Assembly: GCA_965240325.2 (NCBI GenBank)
Contig: OZ251233.1
Coordinates: 62,001 to 126,000 of the forward strand
Length of the DNA: 64,000 nucleotides
From: Rebecca billardiae RCC1528
Lineage: Eukaryota > Protista > Haptophyta
Reading direction: 5' to 3'
This document shows, piece by piece, positions 56,658 through 64,000 of this stretch. Positions within the stretch are counted from its first letter, which is position 1; every line of letters starts with the position of its first letter. The notes beneath the pieces are model-generated. The model was not told where the DNA came from and did no database searches. It saw nothing but the letters and a program-made list of their open reading frames with translations. Both the position numbers and the translations under genes were made by a program.

Positions 56658-57422
56658 GGGCGCGGGCGCGGGCGCTGGCGCTGGCGCTGGCGCGGGTGCC
56701 GGCGCCGGCGCCGGCTTGGGCGCGGGCTTGGGCGCGGGTGCCGGCTTGGGCGCCGGCTTGGGCTTCGGCGCGGGCGCCGGCTTGGGCGCCGGCTTGGGCT
56801 TGGGCGCCGGCTTGGTCTTGGCGGGCGGCTGCTGCGTGTTGGGCGTGGCGGAGGGCTCCTTGAAGGCGGTGCCGAGCGTGAGCGCACCCGTCAGCACAAA
56901 GGTGGCGATCGTGGCGATGAAGGGGCCGCCGACGGGCCCGGCCGCCTTCCTCTCCGCCGCCTTCCGCGCCGCCGCCTCCGCCTCCCGCGCCTCGCGCGCC
57001 GCCTTGGACGACTCGCCCGCGGCGCGCGCGGCGACGACCGCGCCCGCGAGGCCGAGCACCGGGAGGAGCGCGCCCGCGTCGACGGGCGTGGACGAGGCCG
57101 AGGTGGCGGCGCGCTTGCGCGGCGGCGCCTTGAGGGCCTCCTCGAGCGACTTCTGCTTCGTCTCGAGCTCCGCCAGCCGCGCCTTCGCCGCGTCCAGCTC
57201 CTTCGCCGTCGCCTTCAGCTCCGCCTGCACCTCGCGGCGCGACTTGGGCTTGGTCGGGACGGCCGCCGCCGGCGCGGGCGGCGGTGGCGGCGCCTTCGAC
57301 ACGGCCATGCGCACAGAGGACAGGCCCCGGGGCCGGAGGATGGGCGCGGCGGTGGGCGACCACGCGTGCGCGTGCGCCACGCCCAGGATGAGGCACACGG
57401 CCGTCGCCAACGCCGACGTCAT
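56532..57422 (-). CDS. Probable plastid-targeted membrane protein with coiled coil and PK/PA-rich tail
   Basis: Signal ending AHA-W followed by an Arg/Ser-rich transit-like peptide (..SSVRM); coiled coil; two hydrophobic segments; PAPKPKPAP repeats. Confidence 0.75.
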
Positions 57423-57562
57423 GGCTTGATGAAGGCTGTCGGCGGCGCGGTCTCGATCGCGCTCGGTCCAAGGCTCCAAGCCGCGTCCGCGTGGTCGGCG
57501 CGGTTTCGGGCCCGATCGAGCTTCTTTTGAACGGCCTCGGCCGGACCGGCCCGGGCGGGCCG

Positions 57563-58771
57563 ATGCACCGGACCACAACGCCCACGCGCGTCCAAACGAG
57601 ATATCAGATAGCCGCCGTGACCGCCGACGCGGTGCGAATTCTCGCGCGCTCGCGCGCTGGCCTCAGCGCAGTGCTCCACGCACTCGCGTGCCGCGTCGCC
57701 GCCACCGGCGCGACGTCGCGACCGAGCGCCATCACCTGCCGAGCGCCCGAGCGCCGCCGCCACGCCGCTCGCCCGCGATTCGTGTGCGCCGCCGCCGCCC
57801 TCGTCGTGTGCGTAGCCCTCCCGGCTGGCTGCAGCACCCACGGCCCGCTTCGGCGGCCCACGCACGCGCGTGCCGCGAGCGTGCGCGCGAGCACGAGCGA
57901 CGCGCCGCCGCCGCCGCTCTTTCCCCAGCTCGCGCCGTTGCAGCGGGCGGAGGCGCAGGCGTGGCTGGTGCGCGACATGGGGCGGCGGCGCGCCGAGCTG
58001 ATCGCGCTGGGCTGGCTCGGCCGCGCGTACCTCGCCGCGCCGGGCCTGCTCGCCCTCATCTCCCCGTCCGCATTCGACCTCAGCGTGTACGAGGACGGGC
58101 GCGGCGTCGGCGCCCTCGAGCAGCTCGCGTGGGAGACGCGCGGCGGCGGGTGCGAGTGCGTCCTCGCAGAGACGAGCGTCGTGCCGCGCGGCGTGCCGCT
58201 CCGGCTGCGGCTCACGCGCGAGCCGCCGGGCGCCGCGCCGGGGCCCGCCGCGTGGCGCAGCGCCGAGCTCGTCGCGGTCGGCTGCGACCTGACGCCCGAG
58301 TGGCCGGCGGGCGCCCGCCCCATGAGCGATGACGCGGCGCGCGCGCTGTGTGCCGAGCTCAACGCCGAGCGCGCGGCCAAGCGGCTGGTCGTGCGCGCGA
58401 TTGTGCGCGCCATCTTCGACGAGATCGAGCCGCTCTTCGCCGCGCCGTCGTCGTCCGCGCCCGAGCTCGAGCTGTGCGGGCCCGCCGTGCCCTTCCGCCC
58501 GCGGCCGGACCTGTACGCGCGCGAGGGCAGCAGCGAGAAGTGGCTGCAGCGCGTGAGCGCGTACTACTTTGCGCACGCGACGCTCAGGGACGTGCGCGTG
58601 GCGGGCAGCGCGCGGGACGTGCGCTTCACCTTCTACCTCGACCCCGCAGAGCCGCCCAACTCGCTCGACCCGCGGCGCAACGTCAACCCGGAGGTCGTGT
58701 GCTGCAAGTTTGCCTCCTACCCGGGCCACGCCCAACCGTTTAAGCAGGCGCCATCAAGCCGTAGCGCCTGA
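57563..58771 (+). CDS. Hypothetical protein
   Basis: Complex coding-like C-terminal two-thirds (..VRFTFYLDPAEPPNSLDPRRNVNPEVVCCKFASYPGH). Start uncertain. Confidence 0.65.
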   Translation: MHRTTTPTRVQTRYQIAAVTADAVRILARSRAGLSAVLHALACRVAATGATSRPSAITCRAPERRRHAARPRFVCAAAALVVCVALPAGCSTHGPLRRPTHARAASVRASTSDAPPPPLFPQLAPLQRAEAQAWLVRDMGRRRAELIALGWLGRAYLAAPGLLALISPSAFDLSVYEDGRGVGALEQLAWETRGGGCECVLAETSVVPRGVPLRLRLTREPPGAAPGPAAWRSAELVAVGCDLTPEWPAGARPMSDDAARALCAELNAERAAKRLVVRAIVRAIFDEIEPLFAAPSSSAPELELCGPAVPFRPRPDLYAREGSSEKWLQRVSAYYFAHATLRDVRVAGSARDVRFTFYLDPAEPPNSLDPRRNVNPEVVCCKFASYPGHAQPFKQAPSSRSA

Positions 58772-59430
58772 CGACGAATGACGATGACGATCATGATATG
58801 ATGACATTGAATTTGAGATTCAGATTGGTACGTCATTACTCATTGACTGATTGATGAGCAGTATTGACGACGATGGACTATGAAGCTACGATGATGCGCG
58901 CCATATCGTCTGAGCCTGATACAATATATATAGCTAGCTAGTAGAATCACAGGTGGCAGCGGCTGGCCCCAGTGGCAGCGGTCTCAGAATCAACTACTGC
59001 CACATGCGTAGGGACTAGCAGGGATGTTACTCATGACTGATGTACCGGCTGTCCCGCGAGATCGCGAAATATTATGATGGCCCGCGGTGCAGGGCGGAGC
59101 GCGTAGCGTGGAGCCCCGCCGGGGGCCCTCACTACGTTGTCAAAAAGATCTTTTGATCAAAGAAAAGGGGACGGGTGACGATTTTGAGGGGTGTTGGAGG
59201 GTGAGTTTTCGCTTTTTCGAGGGGTACGTTGGCCCATAGTGCTCTGCATTAGCAACTACGCGCTTGACGAAATAAGCGCGCCCACGCCATTCCGCATAAG
59301 TCGATGGACGGACGTGGGATCAGATACCCCGGGGGTGAAACAAGTGAGTATTTTTGTCCTTCTTGTATGCTGGAGTACGAGTTTGCCGAGCGACGTTTGA
59401 TTGTTTTGGGTCGAAAACAGCTATGAGGCC

Positions 59431-59647
59431 AGATTCTTTTGAATAGCGCTTGCGAAAAGAAGTTACCCGCCTGTCTCGATGGATGAACCGCCTCATGGTA
59501 TTGAAAGAGATTCTTTTGAATAGCGCTTTTAAACCAAGTTACCCACCTGTCTCGTTGGATGAACCTCCTCATCATATTGAAGAGATTCTTTTGAATAGCG
59601 CTATTTAAAGCCAGTTACCCGCTTGCCTCGATGGATGAACCGCCTTG
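59431..59647 (+). repeat. ~75-bp tandem repeat (3 units; a 4th resumes at ~61269-61325)
   Basis: agattcttttgaatagcgct...agttaccc..ctcg.tggatgaacc at 59431, 59508 and 59583. Confidence 0.85.
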
Positions 59648-59649
59648 AT

Positions 59650-61266
59650 GGCCCGCGGTGCAGGGCGGAGCGCGCAGCGTGGAGCCCGCACCAGCGGGCC
59701 CGAACCACGTTTCAAAAAGATCTTTGATCAAGAAAAAAGGGACGGGGGGCGATTTTTAGGGCTGGCGGAGACCGAGTTTCGAGTTTTTGAGATCGCATAG
59801 AGAGGTCTATTAGGCCGAAAATAACCGCGCCCAGCTGATTCCCTTAAGTAAAGTGCGATCTGGACGTCAGCTGGACGTGACATTAGTGTAACGGTTCGTT
59901 ACGAGCGCGATTTTGTGGGTAGACTCTCGTTCATGTGTGATAGTTTGCCTCCGCCTTGATGAATATGAACTTGGCTTCGCGGCGGTTGGTATCTAGAGTC
60001 TAAAACGGTCCGCAAGCCTTATTGAAAATACCCGCGCAGCTATTCGTTGCCAGCCCATTCCATAGTCACTGACTTACCGAGCTGGCGAGCTCAAAACCTG
60101 CCGCCGTCGCAAGCACGTGACGCGCAGGTTCCTTCGGGGTGGCGAGCGAGCCGCGACGACTCTTGGTCCAAGCCTCCAAGGGGGCGCTCGATGGGCAGGT
60201 GCGCGTGGCAAGTGCCGAGTGGCGCCTGGAGCGCGCGTCTGCGGCGGGTCCCGACGGCCGTCGACATCGCGTTCGTGCCCGCTCACTAGTCACTCCGCAC
60301 GCCCCTGCCGCGCCCTGTCGATGCCTGCGCGGCCGGCCGGCGCGCGGCCGCGCCGCCGCCGCCGCAGCCGCCGCCCTGTGTTCGGGCTCTCGCAAGCTCG
60401 GGGGCAGCGGCGCATGATGCCGGACTGATCGATCTCTGAGTCTCCGACTTCACCACACGCCCCCCTTGCCATGCCTCTCCGCCAGGGTCTCCCAGAACTC
60501 TTCTTCAGAGCAGGCGCAAGTCGAACTCGGAACTGGCCGCGGCCCCGCGCGCCGTCGGCTCCCCGTGGCTGTCAGCTCCGCGTGGCCTGGGCGCCTGGCG
60601 TGCCCAGAGCTGGCCGTGCCTCTGCGACGCGTGCCGAGCCTGACCGAGGTGTGTCACCCCGTGCACGCGCGGCGCGCGCAAGCACCGGTGCTGCATGGCT
60701 GCTCGCACCGTGCTCCCTGGCTCGCGGTCAGTCAGCTCGGCCGCGTGGTGCCTGGTGTGCCGACGTAGAGTCGCGCTCATGCGTCGCTCACGCCTCGCGC
60801 CCGCCTGTCGGCCGTCGCGCAGGCGCGCAGGTCGAACCCTACTGACCTGCAGATCATCTACTCCTGCGCTGCTGGCGTCGCGGCGACGACGGTCAGCGGC
60901 AGGCCCGAACGAACGGTCGAATCCGCGCGGTCCCGCGCCGTCCGGCTCCCTGGCTGTCAGTCAGCTCCGCCGGTGGCCTGGCGTGCAACAGTCGCGCTCG
61001 TGCGTCGATCACGCCGAGTCGCATCCGCCTGTCGGCCGTCGCGCACGCGCAGGGGGTCAGGTAAGGGCCGTCTGTGATGAGGGCAGCTCGGCCGACGACC
61101 GACATCCACACTCGGCGCACGCCGGCGGCGGCGCGGCGCTGCGGGGCGGCGCGCCGCTGGATGGAGTCTAGTTACACGTGTACGGGACGACTGCGACGGA
61201 GGGTGCACCGCCACCGCGGGCCCCGAACTACGTTCGTTCTACGGAAAAGGACCGCGGAACGCGGTC
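59650..61266 (+). mobile_element. Asymmetric-IR element family 2, nested copy Y
   Basis: Same 5' terminus; inverted repeat at 61204-61222; identical 3' hairpin at 61250-61266; AT on both sides; interrupts the 75-bp array. Confidence 0.8.
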
Positions 61267-63179
61267 ATAATATTGAAAGATATTCTTTTGAATAGCGCTT
61301 GTCACAACCAAGTTACCCGCCTGTCAGCTGTCTCGTGCTCGCGAGCGGCGCGACGACATCGGCCCGAGCGAGGATGCCGCCTTCAACTAGGCGCGCACCG
61401 AGTGCGTGCGCGACGGGTGCCGGCCGGCCGCTGGTCTCGACCTATCGCCCTCGGCCCTCCCCGAGCGCGCCTGCAGGTACCTCCGGACGCGCATTCGGCT
61501 TGCTCACTCGATCAGCTCACTCACAGCTGCCGGTCACGCAGCCGCGCGGCGGCCCCACGACCAGGTCCGCGGCCCAAAGTGTGTGTGCGCGCCGCGCCGG
61601 TGCCCTCGCGCCGGTGGCGTGGGCTGGCTGGCCGCTGGTCTCGCCCACGCGCCCCACTCGCCCCAAGCGCGCAACGCCTGCGGGAAGCGCCGGCACCATA
61701 CCTAACTACTACCTGCGCGTCGACGCCCGTCCCGCCGCGGCCCGCGCCTCGATCGATCGTCGATCGGACCGCGTGCGTGCGACTCCGTCCGCGCCCGCGC
61801 GCAGGGTGGGAGGGGCTGATGCAGGAGCAGATGCAGGACTACCTCGAAATTGCACGCGACGAGGAGGTGCCCAGCGCGCACTTTACGCTGCGCGCATCAT
61901 CGAGTGGTCGCCCAGCGAGCGCGGCAGCTGGCCACCGGGCCGGCTGACGGCGGGCGCAGCTGCCAGCTGCGGACGCGCAGCGGGCGCGGAGTGGAAGCCG
62001 GCGCAGCGGCCGGGCAGCGGCGGCCGGCGCGGCAGCACGCTCGTATACATCGCGGCAGCTACCGCCGTCGTGCGGGGAAAGCACACGCTCTCGGCGGCTT
62101 CCAAGATGCCGACGGGCCACTCGGCGTGCACTCCGTGCAGGCTGCGTGCGCACTGCAGTGGCTGTGTCGAGCTGCTGCGGCGTGTGCTCGAGGCGCGGCG
62201 CTCGCACGGGCTACGCGGGCGCAGCGGGTGCGCGCAGCTGGCGCACGCAGTGCCACGTCCTGCGGCGCCAGTTTGGCGGCCGTCCGCCCCCCCGAGCTCG
62301 AGTTCTGCGCGCTTTGCGACGGCGCGGCCGGCAGCGCCCATCTGCCTGCTTGCTTGGGCACGCCAGCATGTCCGCCGCCGGGCCTGCTGCGCGCGCCGAA
62401 GCTGGAGGGCGGAGGAGGGCGCTGGGCTGCTCCTACGGCGTGCTGCAGCCCGGGCAGGCTCTACCGCGGCGCGGCGAGGCCGTCGCGCCTGCTCGCCGCC
62501 GTCGAGTCGCCCGTGCTGCGTGACCCTCGGCCGCACGTGCTCGCTCGGCGGCACCGCAGCACTAGCAGGCGTCCCATACCAGTATACTCGAGCCGCTGTG
62601 CGCACCCAAGGCGCGAGCTGCTCGAGCGGGCCAGGTGGGCCCAGGGGGTGCGTGCAGCTGGCACACGCAGCCCCGGCCCGTGTCATGGGGTGTCGGTTTG
62701 ACGGTCGCCAGCCCCTGTGGGCTCGAGCGCTGTGCGCTTCACCACGGAGGTGCTGGCAGCGCCCCGCGGCGCGCAACGGCGGGGCAGCATGGCCGCCGCC
62801 GGCGCCGCCGCACATGCCGCCGCTTACGGGCAGTCGAGAGCTTGGGGCAGCACCTACGGCGCATGCTGCAGCTCGGGGCGGGCTCTGCCAGCCTGCTGTG
62901 GCGTGATCGCGCATTTTCCAGACCGTCGACTCGCCCGCGCTGCATAATATTCCATTATTCGTTTGCCGCGCGTGCTCGACGGCGCTCCGCGCTGCTGCTG
63001 CCGCTACGGCCGCGCGTTGGACGGACAGCATATGCCGACGGAGGGTGCACCGCGGGCCCCTAACTACGTTGGTTCTACGGAAGGACCGCGGAACGCGGTC
63101 ATATATATATAGTATATATTATTGGCGACGCGAATAATGTGACGACTATATATATATGTATATATATATATATATTTAA

Positions 63180-64000
63180 CGACGTGGTATGCAACGGGCA
63201 AGCGTCAGGCTCAGAGTGCAGCAGACACATATAGAATGCGTCCGCGCCTTCCGACCAGGTCAGGCAGTGCGCCACCCGCAGCCCTGCCCCCCTACGGGAG
63301 CGGGGGCGGGATGGAGCACCGCCTCGGCCTGGGGCACGCGGCGGCGACGGCAGATGCCGCCGCGGCCGAGCGCCTTCCGGTGAAGCACTTGGATGAGGCT
63401 GAGGTCGTAGTCGATGTCGCCGCCTGCCGACCTAGCGGCGTGCAGCTGCGGGAAGCGACAGCCGCGGCTGTCGCCCCCGGGCGCCCGCGTGGGCGCCTGG
63501 ATGAAGATGAGGTCGTAGTACACGTCGCCGCGCACCGGCCTAGCGGCGCGCAGCTGCAGAAGAGGGGCTTGGAGAGTGAGCGCGCCGCCTAGCGCGCTCA
63601 GGTCGATGAAGCGGATGAGGGTGTAGTCGACGTCGCAGCCCGGCCCGCCGGCGGGCTGCTGCAGGGAAATGTAGAAAGCGTCGTCGTCAGCAACGCGTGT
63701 CACCGGCTCAGGCGCGCTCGCATCCGCCAACACCGCCCGCACGAGCGACGAGATGAGCAAGAGTTTGTGTGAAAGTGCCAGCATCTCGCCGTCCCTGCAG
63801 GAGGGGAAGGCGCACGCGAGCCCGCGCGGGCGCGCATGCACGTCGTCGTCGTAGTAGTGATCGTCGCCATCGTCAGCACCGCGCGTCTGCCGCGTGCCCG
63901 CATCCGCCAACACCGCCCGCACGAGCGACGAGATGAGCAAGAGTTTGTGTGAAAGTGCCAGCATCTCGCCGCCCTTGCAGGAGGGGAAGGCGCACGCGAG
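63180..64000. mobile_element. Left part of a TTAA-flanked element related to 2781-3371, running off the window
   Basis: (TA)n-TTAA|CGACGTGGTATGCAACGGGCAAGCGTCAG. Internal 180-bp and ~108-bp direct repeats. Confidence 0.65.

Larger units (their letters stand above)
59079..63100 (+). mobile_element. Asymmetric-IR element family 2, outer copy X
   Basis: AT|GGCCCGCGGTGCA; inverted TGCACCGCGGGCC at 63046-63058; terminal hairpin GACCGCG-GAA-CGCGGTC at 63084-63100, then AT. Confidence 0.8.

Noticed and set aside
59431-59647. CRISPR-like array
   Set aside because: Whole units are homologous with no unique spacers; eukaryotic context; no cas genes.

Overview
Very GC-rich eukaryotic DNA with short GT-AG introns rich in CG/CA dinucleotides. 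It is most consistent with a haptophyte alga (Pavlovophyceae-like); this is inferred from composition and gene content only. Most entries in the ORF track are GC shadow frames. Supported genes, in order: Sel1-repeat + MYND protein; TLDc protein; a SelW/Rdx selenoprotein the ORF track splits (in-frame TGA in CxxU, plus a 3' SECIS); phospholipase-B-like SGNH lipase; large low-complexity BRCT protein; frameshifted DUF3494 ice-binding gene; TPM + RING-like protein; 6-exon FAD monooxygenase; ankyrin/TRP-like channel; METTL16; S41/CtpA protease; and several hypotheticals. Between them are dense, nested non-autonomous mobile elements. The most novel-looking signals are: (1) two unrelated element families sharing one architecture, namely AT flanks, asymmetric inverted repeats and GNA-loop hairpins, with one copy nested in another, suggesting an HUH/rolling-circle-like group; (2) a young 2.2-kb element in two near-identical inverted copies, carrying an unrecognised ~367-aa ORF and twin terminal hairpins. 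No CRISPR, rRNA or tRNA was recognised.
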